Shown: in pieces, positions 53,414 to 64,000 of the stretch
How positions within the stretch are numbered: the first letter of the stretch is position 1
Layout: each line of letters begins with the position of its first letter
Assembly (NCBI RefSeq): GCF_001194135.2
Contig: NC_068983.1
Location: forward strand, 140,986,580-141,050,579
Direction of reading: 5' to 3'
Length of the DNA stretch: 64,000 nt
DNA from: Octopus bimaculoides
Taxonomy: Eukaryota
Notes under the pieces: generated by a model
The model's input: the letters and a program-made list of their open reading frames with translations, nothing else
The model's database searches: none
What the model was told of the DNA's origin: nothing
Position numbers and translations under genes: made by a program

Positions 53414-53566
53414 GTATATATGTAGGTATGTACATATATGTATGGATATATGCATATATTTATATATTATTTATATTATTATATGATCGAACGCCACGCA
53501 TCCTTTTCCAAGTAAGTTTCATCTCAATAATTACGATGCGCACTCTTCTACTATCTCTTCTCTGTA

Positions 53567-53645
<79 letters not shown>

Positions 53646-55029
53646 TGTTCTTCATCCTTTCTGTTTTCTCTCCCACCCTTTCCATATTCTTCTCTCCCTT
53701 TCACCGTTCCCTCTCTCTCTCTCTCTCTCTCTCTTTTAATCTTCCTCCTTGACACTCTCGACACTGACACGTGACGAAAGGGGATATCTCTTTCTGTCCA
53801 CTTCCTTCCTTAAAAAAAGACGTGTTTTTTCTTGTCTCCTCTCATGGCTCGTCTATCTAGCGTTCATAATAATTTTTCTATCATCTTGTCTCAACAGTCC
53901 ACACCGTTTGTTTTTACTGTCTTGTTAACACTTTGACCCTCCGCAAAAAATCCCAAATTTTATTTAATTTGCGCGAATTTTATTTTGTGTGTGTGCATAC
54001 ATACATGTACATATATATATATATAGACAAACACACACACACAAACACATACACACACACAAACAGACAAACAAACACACACACACACACACACACACAT
54101 ATAATGAATGAGCTTTAATATAAGAAAACTCCAATTCTGGAACATGCTGAAAAACAATAACAAAAGAAAAATCCACGAAATTTGGATATCTTTAATACCA
54201 TTTATCTTAATGTGGAAAGTATAATTCAGTCTAATGTTCGCAGAGCCAGAACAGCCAAAACTTCTACGGCAAATATTATTTCTGGGAAAAAAGACAAAGT
54301 GAGATAGAATTAGTTAAGCTGACATTAAGCACTAACGAACAAAAATACGAGGATACAAGCGAACAATTAAAAATCGTAGTTTCCAAAAGAAGAATGAGAA
54401 AAAGAAAATGTGATTTCTGTAAAGAAATGGATGAAAAACGAACATTGGTTTTCTTACTATCAGGGACAATTTAAAAAGAAATGCTAATCCCATCTTTAAT
54501 GACAGCAGAAGCCAACAAAATGAACAGCTCTAAACTAATATGTCAGCATGGTCCCTATTACCTAAAAAAGTTCGAAAATCGTCCAAATCTAGACCGATCC
54601 TTCAACAACAGAAAAATCCTAAACATGGTAACACGACCACCAGCCTCTAATTACACAGGTAGACTTTAAATGGGGAAAGCCATACCTAGAAGTGAAGGTA
54701 CACAATTAATGCAAAATACACGCCATGTCATATCATAAGTAACAATAACAAACAAATTATGACTAGAGAAATCTTACATACCCAGACTTCAGGGTGAATA
54801 AAGTTTACAATCAGATATACAGAAATAATTTTAGACAGAATCAAAATCACATAATAAGAAATAGCTACAAAGAACAAAACAAAATATACAGAAGATTCTT
54901 AAACAAAAATTTAAGATACGCTAGTAATAAGAAGAATACAAACTACCCATATTCTAAGAAGTTGATTTTTAAGCATAAAACCATATATATAGGGTTACAA
55001 GCTGGGCTCCAAGCATGAGAAACAAAAAC

Positions 55030-56820
55030 TAATCAATCATTTCCGAAAAATATTAACCTCTTTACAAACAAATATACTTGGAAAGGGAATAAATTTGGCG
55101 CCGTCTCCTCAAAAGTCAAATATATCTGAAATCAAAGATGACATTGCAAAATTCTGCAGAAAGCTTAGACAAGCAGAGCAGCTTTTGGATGATGAGGAGG
55201 GAGATGAGATTATAATTAAATTCAAAAGTTAACTCCTCCTTAAGGCTGGAAGAAATACAAATCATGAGTGTCCTGGAAACATATTTCAAACATTCCTATA
55301 GATAAAAAAAACGGGAAGCAATCCAAATAAACTCTGATATTATTAAACATCAATGGACCTGCCTAAGGTATTTACTATTATATATATAATATTAAATGTA
55401 TTTGCTAGTTCACAGAAACAAAATTACTAAGGAAGATGTAATAAATGTGATTCAGTTGCTATTATGGATGAAGAGTATTTCAAGAATATTGCATTGAATA
55501 TGCTCCGAGACAATATTTACTAAGAAGAAACTAAATATTACAAACCTATGAAAATTTATGAAACTTCTCACCTTTCTACTACACATGTACCAAAGTTCTT
55601 TAACCGACAAAGCACTGAAGTACCATACAATCTTCAAAATGGAAACAGGCAACATCTATGAACCTCCAAAAATTCATAAAAATAAACTAATTAATGACAC
55701 CTATGAAAGAGCAAAAACTAATTTGTATAAACATCACACATTAACAAACTCAATACTGAGACCGATTGTGGCACGAACTTCTTTCCTTAAGTTATTTCTG
55801 AGCTACTCTGCTAGTCAATCCTCAAGTTTATAAAAAGCTTTATAGGACTGTGATATCCTCAAGCATATGCCTAATAAAGTAAATGAAAATATATGTAGTA
55901 AATGAAAATACATACAATGTCACACTTTTGTGAGCTTATATAGCAATATTCCACACAAATATAGAATCGAAGCTATACAATACTGTCTAACCTCATATTC
56001 TTATGGACTGAATATATATTGTAGATAACCTCCAATTCATTTTAGAAAACAATTACATCATATTCAGTAGCACATATAGTGACGAAACTTGACCATGCAT
56101 ACGCTAAATTAGTCAGGCGATACTGTGAACTGAAAATTCTTAAAAACTTCTGACAAAGAGTTTGGTATAATTCATCTATCATTTGAAAGAAAACTGCAGA
56201 AGGTTTCTAGATGATTTTATGGAGCGAAAATATTGACAATTCCAAAATATAATCAACAACATACGCTCTCACGTTCATTTCACCATGGATTTCGTTAGCA
56301 ATAAATTCCTCTTTTAAAGGCGGTGAGCTGGCAAAAACGTTACCACGTCGGGCGAAATACTTAGCGATATTCCGCCTGTCTTTACGTTCTAGGTTCAAAT
56401 TCTGCCGAGGTCGACTTTGCCTTTCATCCTTTCGGGGTCGATAAATTTAAGTACCAGTTGCGTACTGGGGACGATCTAATTGACTGGCCCTCCTCCCCGC
56501 AAAATTTCGGGTCTTGTGCCAAGAGTAGAAAAGAATAAATTCCTCTTTTAAGATATACTAATAACAACACGAAATACAATGCTTGAAAGAGACATTTAAA
56601 CCAACCGACCCACAATAATAACTACTTTTTACATCGAGGAAAGCATTCAACCCAAGAAACTCCGAAATTTTCATCAACACCTGTATAGACGTAACGCTAA
56701 AATTACAGGAACAACAAATGAAAGACGTTGTAGAAAAAACATCCAATAATAAAATGTAAGAGGAAGTTGAAATCACTAAGGATATTGTCCTCGGCAAAGT
56801 TACACAAAATACTGAACAAA
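55030..56820 (+). mobile_element. Penelope-like reverse transcriptase pseudogene
   Basis: QTNILGKGINLAPSPQKSNISEIKDDIAKFCRKLRQAE; SILRPIVA; SLYSNIPH; LQFILENNYIIF; KIPLLDI (interrupted by a SINE); FKPTD. Heavily disabled. Confidence 0.75.
56319..56533 (+). mobile_element. Young SINE family A copy with target-site duplication, inserted in the Penelope RT
   Basis: Direct repeat aataaattcctcttttaa at 56300-56317 and 56534-56551. Removing the insert restores the IPLLDI codons. Confidence 0.9.
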
Positions 56821-59130
56821 CGGTGAATATGTAGCTTCCACTTTAAACCTTCAGAATTAAAAACAATTTCTCTTGAAATTCAAACAACTTAAACTAAATT
56901 ATAAGTTGTAAATGTTTCTTAGAACACAACTTTAACTCTTATTAAACTAAAATAAGCTGCATGAAATCACAAATCACAAGTTACGTACCTTTTCGTTAAA
57001 GTGACAGAAGTTTGGGGGGCAATACAAAATTGATTTGATCTCACATGAACCTACCATACATGGGATACATGTATTGTAATAACCTTCTTCAAATTTTGTT
57101 TAACACCGTAGCAGCAGAAACTGGATACCAAAATGTAATTTTTCTTCTGCTGCAAAACGTATTTAATGTATAATTTACCTTAAAGCTTATACACACGCAT
57201 ACTTTTCATACAAGCACATCTTTGTTTTTTTTTTTTTTTTTGTTACATACGAAATTTTCTCAGTAATATGGGTGGTCCTGTCTTTAACTGTGTGTGCAAA
57301 CTCACCTTGTATAAAATACACTAATATTTTAGCAGTGGAACTCCTGTATAAGAACATTTCTTAAGTGAAAACGTTTTTACTTTAATTTTTACTTTCGTAC
57401 ATATATACTTGATTAATCGCACCAACTTTTGGAGTAATTCCATATTTAGGAGTATTTCCATAAATTCCAAAATTTAGGAGTAATTCCATAAATACGTCAC
57501 CTTGCATACCTACATTGTTATACACATGGATGTAAACGTTTCAGTGGATTAATGTAGGACAGATACTATATACGTGTTAAATATGTAGGTAAATATAAGT
57601 ACACTTCAACGCAAATGTTGATTTACAATTGTACTACCAGTAACATGCTATCTCTATATGTGTGGTGTCCCCTATGTATATATGTAGGTGTGTGTTTTTT
57701 TTTTTACATTTACGTACTCCAACACAGAACAAGCATTTATGATATCAAATGACTTCCGATTAGGAACGCATATAACGCAAAGGTGATAAACAATATTATA
57801 TTCCCTTTAAACACATTCAGCCAAGCAAAAATCACTGCGATTTTAGCATTACACAAGCTGTTGTTGAATATTTGTGATTTTGGCACAGAAGCATTGTTAC
57901 TGCATTATCAACACACTCTATTAATATAAGTGTGAGCGTGTGTGCATGTATATATGTAAATATATATGCATATATTTCATCTATTCTGATAATACCTTTC
58001 TTATCCTGTACTCAAAAGTCATGAATACGGAAACAAATACATTTCACTATCACTAATAAAAGTAGTTGCTCTGTGTAATACTTTTCGGCACATAGCAAAC
58101 TAAATAAATCATTTCTTCTACACTCTCTTTGAGAAGTAAACAGGGTTGGTGTTTATCTGTTATAGATGACGTATCGCGTGAAACTTTATCTTATATTTAA
58201 TTATATATATTAGGTTATAGAGAATGTATGGATCCCCTATAGGTTTTAATAGATTATATTTATCTAATATACAGTTATGCATGTCATATCATAGGGTTTT
58301 CTGTTAATTCTCAAAGAGGTATACGTGACGTACTTTTTCACTTTACCAAATCATAATGAAAACAACATTTGAAATTAACTTGCTGCAATGTTTTATTACC
58401 AGTATCTTCAAGTAAATCCATGGTTTGATTCTACGAATGATATAGTAAAGATTCTAAATGGCTCAAAAATATTAGTTTCATTGATTCAATACAGACGGTT
58501 CAGCACCATTTATTTAACTTTGCACTATCAAATTTCAATACTTCAAACTAGAATAATTGTTACAAAAATCTCTTTTTCTTATTCAATGTGTATAAATCCT
58601 GGACACTACAAACGCCACATCATTTATTTTTCAACAGCGTTGGTACTCATTCATGCCTTAGAGGTTGCATGCATTGGTAATTAGACTTAAATATATATTT
58701 TGTATATATATGCATGTATATATGCGAATATGATTTTCAGTATAGCTATGTATGGCATCGATTGACATTAGACTAAGAAATTCAAGGTAGAATAGATTGC
58801 TTGTGTGATTCAATACCTGCCCAGTATAAGAATGTACTGAATACTTTGTATGAATATTTTCGTTTCTGTCCGAAGAACGGACACAATCGGGGTTTTATGT
58901 TCCGTCTGAATTGTTTTAGTATAATTGTTTCTGTGAGTATGTGGGAAAGTGTGTGTACTTGTATTATTGAGCATGGACTTGAATGAACGTTTACAGATCT
59001 GACTTCAGAAATATGTTATCCTGATATCTGTTACTTTAAATATTTCCTATGGAATTTTGTTTGAATAGATAAATAAATAGAACAATCAAAACCATACTCA
59101 AACAGAATCATTAGACTTTAATGATAAACT

Positions 59131-60957
59131 TTAAAGTTGGTAAATTTCGATAGTTGGTTTCGGTATCATTCGCGTAACAACCAGTTGTTTCTCATTGCGG
59201 TTGATGTCTAATGCGACGGGCATGGGGAGAGCTGATGAAGGGGTCAAATAACTTATGAAGTTACCGCTTAGATCAAAACGTAATATGTTTGAACGTCCCA
59301 GTTCTGTGGCATAGATGTATTCAGTATCGCAGCAGACACCACCCGGTCCTTCAATCGGTTGTCCTTCAACACTTTTAACGTGGAATTTTTTATTTCCAGA
59401 TCGACCGATACCGTACAATAATCCAGCTCGATAGCACGAAAGTACAATTGTCTCATCTGGGGCTATTGTCATGTAACAAGGATCAGATTTCGAAACATAA
59501 GCGATATCAAGATAGAATTGCTGTAGTGCTTTGGCTCTATTATCAAAAATGAACACGACTTCGATAACAGGTTTTTCTAGACATTTGCAAATTAACCTTC
59601 CGTCATAGCTTTTAGCGATGGCACTGTACTTTGACCTACATTGGATCCTTTGATATTTTTTAAAGAAATTCAGCATGCACATGACGTTTGTGACAAAGTT
59701 TCGTGAGAATTTAATTATACACAGTTGAAGTTCATTGGGTAGAGATACCATTGCGAAATTGTGAGAGTGAATGCACAATCCATGCGGCTGACTTTTCAGA
59801 TCAAATCTGTTAATCTGATTACCTTTCGGACAGAACTGTAAGATTCCGTGTTTGTTGTCACTCATCAAGAATCCTCCCCCAGGAATGATACAAACCAAAT
59901 TTAAGATTGATGTAAAGGTACTTTCGTCATCGGATGTAAATTCTTCAACTTTTTGCATATTTACCATATTGGGTTTCTTTTCTAGCCCTTTTTCTTTAGA
60001 ATTTTTAATGTCTTCTGTATGTTCTATTTCTTCATTAGATATATCGCCTTCGTAACTAACATGGCCGAATGGGCATTTTTCTAAATCTTGCAAGGCTTTT
60101 GAAAATTCTGATGTAATATTTAATGATAACACTCTTCGTGTTAGACGGTAGTCAGAAGAATTAAATCTGTTGATACATTTTCTAACCGGGAAATAAGACA
60201 CAACAAACTTTGAAGCAGATTTTTCTTTCATCACCTCAGAAACTTTCTCAATACAATTTCTTAAGGATTCTATTTTTTCTTTGTAATTTTCCTCGTAGAT
60301 ACGAAGTTTTTCTAATTCAACATTCATCATTCTTGTTGCGTCTTTATTCAGTAAATCTCCTTTAGATGTTATCATTCGAACGATATCTTTGACACGTGCG
60401 TCGACTTTGTTCAAAATTTTCTCTTTATCACTAAGAATATTTTCTTTTTCCAGGTGTAATTCTTTAAGCTTCTTGCTTTCCTCTGCTTTCAAATCCTTCA
60501 GAAATTTCAAATGATTCTCAGCTTCGATTCGTTTTGATATGGCAGCTTGACTTATGGATAAAACTCCTTTACAGTTTTGGTGCTTCTCAGTGCGACATTC
60601 ACTGCAAATAACTACTTCACAAAACGTACAATACAGGTTTATTTCATTGTTATCATGACACGTGCAACTCATCATCGGTTCAAATGAAACTATTTCTTGT
60701 ATTTGACCAATTCGAAAATCATTGTGAAAAGTTTTCGCCCACTCTTCAACCGCTTTGCTTCGATCTAGTGGATAGGTAACAGCTTTGCAGATTGGGCAAT
60801 AAAAATAGCCGGTTTGTAAGCATGTCTGTTTATTATTATTTATATGATCCTGTAGGCATTCAACGCAAAAACAATGGTGACAGGGAAGCCCTTTCGGTTT
60901 GTCAAACTGATTGAAGCATATAGAACATTCGAGATCCGTTAAGCTTAGGGATGCCAT
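59131..60957 (-). CDS. TRIM-family E3 ubiquitin ligase (RING - B-box2 - coiled coil - NHL-like beta-propeller), 608 aa, single coding exon
   Basis: Uninterrupted 1827-nt ORF. C3HC4 RING: CSIC...PCHHCFCVEC...CPIC. B-box2: CTCH-x7-YCTFC-x4-CSEC-x4-HQNC. E/K/L-rich helical segment follows. C-terminal NHL-like blades include QPHGLCIHS, DPCYMTIAPD, EGPGGVCCDTEYIYATELGRSNILRFD and MPVALDIN. No B-box1 or filamin domain is evident. Confidence 0.93.
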   Translation of the reverse strand: MASLSLTDLECSICFNQFDKPKGLPCHHCFCVECLQDHINNNKQTCLQTGYFYCPICKAVTYPLDRSKAVEEWAKTFHNDFRIGQIQEIVSFEPMMSCTCHDNNEINLYCTFCEVVICSECRTEKHQNCKGVLSISQAAISKRIEAENHLKFLKDLKAEESKKLKELHLEKENILSDKEKILNKVDARVKDIVRMITSKGDLLNKDATRMMNVELEKLRIYEENYKEKIESLRNCIEKVSEVMKEKSASKFVVSYFPVRKCINRFNSSDYRLTRRVLSLNITSEFSKALQDLEKCPFGHVSYEGDISNEEIEHTEDIKNSKEKGLEKKPNMVNMQKVEEFTSDDESTFTSILNLVCIIPGGGFLMSDNKHGILQFCPKGNQINRFDLKSQPHGLCIHSHNFAMVSLPNELQLCIIKFSRNFVTNVMCMLNFFKKYQRIQCRSKYSAIAKSYDGRLICKCLEKPVIEVVFIFDNRAKALQQFYLDIAYVSKSDPCYMTIAPDETIVLSCYRAGLLYGIGRSGNKKFHVKSVEGQPIEGPGGVCCDTEYIYATELGRSNILRFDLSGNFISYLTPSSALPMPVALDINRNEKQLVVTRMIPKPTIEIYQL

Positions 60958-60981
60958 TAAAGCGTAGATTTCACAAAAAAG

Positions 60982-61000
60982 CTGAAAAAAGTAATAAAAT
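60982..61000 (-). promoter_or_regulatory. Probable 3' splice acceptor of a 5'UTR intron of the TRIM gene
   Basis: The minus strand reads ttttattacttttttcag|cttttttgtgaaatctacgctttaATG, a pyrimidine tract plus CAG 24 nt upstream of the start codon. Confidence 0.55.
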
Positions 61001-61002
61001 AT

Positions 61003-61004
<2 letters not shown>

Positions 61005-61095
<91 letters not shown>

Positions 61096-61151
61096 CGATG
61101 GTGATGATGATGATAATGATGATGATAATGATGATGATAATGATGATGTTG

Positions 61152-61228
<77 letters not shown>
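61005..61228. repeat. (AAT)n-(GAT)n-(AAT)n tract
   Basis: Direct reading. Lies between the Tx1 3' end and the TRIM acceptor. Confidence 0.97.
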
Positions 61229-61232
61229 TTCA

Positions 61233-62200
61233 TTTATTTGCAACAAGCATGAAGGATGATGGGGACAATACAAAGATAGACATAAAGTGTAGGGGTTTAC
61301 ATATAATGAAATAATAAAAAAGAAAGTATACACGGAGATGGCGGGGAGGATGATAGAGACGTGGCCCTCCCCATACAGGAAGGCCTCAAGGGATAATCGA
61401 GGAACCCCACTGTCTGAGATTTCCCTGAAACTCCAGAAGCAAGTACCCTCTCCATTTCCTTCTCTCCAATTCACAGGTCTACACTTAGAGAAGTACCATC
61501 CACTCTTGCCATCTTCGCAACTGTCACCCACCTTTCAATAAACTCACCCGAGGACAGCACTTCCCTCTCCATTCACAGTTTCCTTTTCAAGTGAAACATG
61601 AAATAGTCAATGAGAGCTCTACCAAAGAAGAATTCATCTGTCCTCATGCTTTTCAGGCTTGTCCACCAAGCAACCTCTTTCGCAACAGCCACCAAGCAAA
61701 ATAAAATTGCCTTGCCTGCCCGATTGAACAAGGGCGGCGGTTTCAACATCACTACAGACTCGGTCGACAGACGGATCCGTCCCACGCGTGACAGCAGCTG
61801 TTCGACATAACCCCACAAGGCAGCAATATCCGGACACTGAATGAAAGTGTGCAGAACGGTTTCGTCACTCTGTGCACACGTCTAATAAGCCCGTCTGACT
61901 GCACATCCGTACCAGTAGAGTTTATCTCGAACCAGTAGCACCCCTTGGTAGCACTGCCAGGCCAAGGCATCTGGAAATTATCCATGATAGTTCCCGACCG
62001 AAAAGTCTCCCGAGGTCGGCTATGTCTCAATCTCGTGTGAGTTGGTACCTCACGCACTTCTCATGAGGAATTCCGGAAGGAGCTTAGGGAGACCACTACT
62101 GAGACGCTTCCGAAAAAAGAAAAGCCGTTGGAAAACAGATTATAGCAGCGACTCCATCTAAGAATATCTGAAGAAGGAATTGTATTCCGAATTATCATCG
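61233..62200 (-). mobile_element. L1/Tx1-clade LINE 3' end (zf-RVT region, 3'UTR, polyA signal)
   Basis: CAQSDETVLHTFIQCPDIAALWGYVEQLLSRVGRIRL...AKEVAWW. The 3'UTR ends aataaatgaa (61233-61238) and runs directly into an (ATT)n tail. Confidence 0.8.
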
Positions 62201-62319
62201 GACTATAGATAACTAAATTACAACAGGTATACAGTCTATTTTTTTGTATTATAGTGCATTGTTGTACCATTCAAAACGTTTTATTTTTTACAAACAATGC
62301 ACAATGCTTCAAGCGAACT

Positions 62320-63580
62320 ACAATACTCTTCAAGATCATTGATATTGTTATACCCGGGGATGTACGAGTGCGTGGCAAAGAAATGGATTACGTCGAAAAG
62401 GACAATCATCTAAATATGAAATTACACGAATGTGGGCAATGAAGAAAGTAACAGGCATTCCAGTAGTTGCTGGTGCACGGAGAGCATTAACAACCAGATT
62501 TGAGAAATTTGTTGGAGAAATTGCGATTGAAACGAGGGTAGAACATGCTCAGAAAGTAGTTTAATTGGTGACAGTGAAGATTTTGACATTGTTACTTGGA
62601 TGTTAAGTAACGTGGAAAGAGACCCTGTGAGATACTTTACAACAGGTTATTGTCTGCTCATACGGAATTAGCCGGTGTAAGAGAAATCAAGAGCTCTGAG
62701 AAGTGGAAGGGAAATAATAATAAGATTTACTCATTAAAAACGAAAAAGGAAATGACATCTCAAGGCAGTTACAATAGCCTTTGCTTTTCGTTCACATTTT
62801 ACCCCACGACATAGGAAAGAAGTGCAAAGGAAGAACAACATAGGATACAAAGGACAGCAAGTAGTTAAAGAAGAACTAAGACAAAGTATAAAAGCAGTGT
62901 CTGGCAAAATAAAACAGATACCTGCAGAGAGGCTCTCCAAGAACAATGAAAGAAAATGTTGTTAACTGAGCAACGGAGAAGAACATCAGGAAAATTATAT
63001 GTCAGATACTGAAGCAGAAAGAAAATTCTAGACAAAAATCTAGAGCAAAGAAGTTCAACATAATATAAAAGCAAACTGGTTGCGGGAATTTAAATGAGAA
63101 ATGGAAATGGAGTGACACAAAATATAATAATCACAGATAAGAAATTAAAGGAGATAATTACGAAAACAAAGAATTGGTAAGGACTCAAACCAGATGGTTT
63201 TCAAGCTTCTGGCTCAGGAATCTCTCAAGTATACACAGTTATATGCGACTACTGTTTCATGAATGCATAGAAAATGGAGCACCGATATGGATGACAAACG
63301 GACGGACAATGCTGAAACAGAAGGACGAAGAAAAGAGAGGGGAAACCAGCAATTTTAGACCCATTGCTTACTTACTATTACACCGGAAAGTATGAACTGG
63401 TCTCATAGCAGATGATGTATATAATTTTCTAGCAAAGGAGAAACTATTTCCAGGTTTTAAAAAAATGGGATGTAGGAAGAAACCAAGGGACACTGCCGTC
63501 TGCTATATATAGTAGCGTATTCAATGAGTCACGAGAAAGGAGGAAGAATTTAGCTGTTGGATGGCTTGATACTGAATCTG
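62320..63580 (+). mobile_element. Two R4/Dong-like LINE fragments head-to-tail (REL endonuclease end, then RT N-terminal part)
   Basis: DIVIPGDVRVRGKE....K...L....MKKVTGIPVVAGA...FEK...VEHAQKVVL at 62340-62590, short (TAA)n at ~62712, then FWLRNLSSIH...WMTNGRTMLKQKD....SNFRPIAYL. Confidence 0.7.
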
Positions 63581-63715
63581 GAAAATTACGTTGTGCAGAG
63601 GATTTTTAAAATATTATCACTAGCATCCGGTGAGCATAAAAATTCACATATTTCCGCTCTTCCTTTTGATAAGTTAGAATGCATGAATGTAATTATTTTT
63701 AAAAAATTAATTACA

Positions 63716-64000
63716 AGTGTGGCTCTGTGATAAAAAGTTTGTTTCCCAACCGCATGGTTCCGAGTTCAGTCCCACTACGTGACACATTGGGCAACTGTCT
63801 TCTACTATAGGCCGACCAGCCTTGTGAGTGGTTTTGATTGACGGAAACTGAAAGAAGCCTGTCATATGTGTGTGTGCGCGTATGTTTGTGTCTGTGTATG
63901 CTCCCCACCACCGATTGACAACTGGTGATGATGTGTTTACGTTCCCCTAACATAGCGGTTCGGCAAAAGAAAACGATAAATACCAGGTTTAAAATACTTT
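63716..64000 (+). mobile_element. SINE family B copy (runs off the window)
   Basis: ggttccgagttcagtcccactacgtgacacattgggcaactgtcttctactatagg...gaaagaagcctgtc, microsatellite, start of tail. Confidence 0.8.

Overview
Repeat-dense, AT-rich animal genomic DNA with seven N-gaps. The SINE families and the microsatellite load suggest a cephalopod, probably Octopus; this is inference from recall, not a database hit. There is one intact protein-coding gene: a single-exon RING/B-box/coiled-coil/beta-propeller TRIM at 59131-60957 (-). The rest is mostly decayed mobile DNA: Penelope-like elements (GIY-YIG, RT, pLTRs), L1/Tx1, R4/Dong-like, RTE and CR1-group LINE fragments, Tc1/mariner and pogo remnants, at least four SINE families, four long foldback (palindromic) elements, and many microsatellites. 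The most notable signal is a two-copy element with a tRNA-derived Pol III head, an (AAT)n linker and a minimal type-I hammerhead ribozyme. The two copies carry complementary mutations, so together they reconstruct a complete ribozyme core. Further hammerhead-like motifs sit beside other Penelope remnants. The TRIM coding exon begins about 250 bp downstream of the polyA signal and (ATT)n tail of a same-strand Tx1 LINE. TE boundaries are approximate (read by eye).
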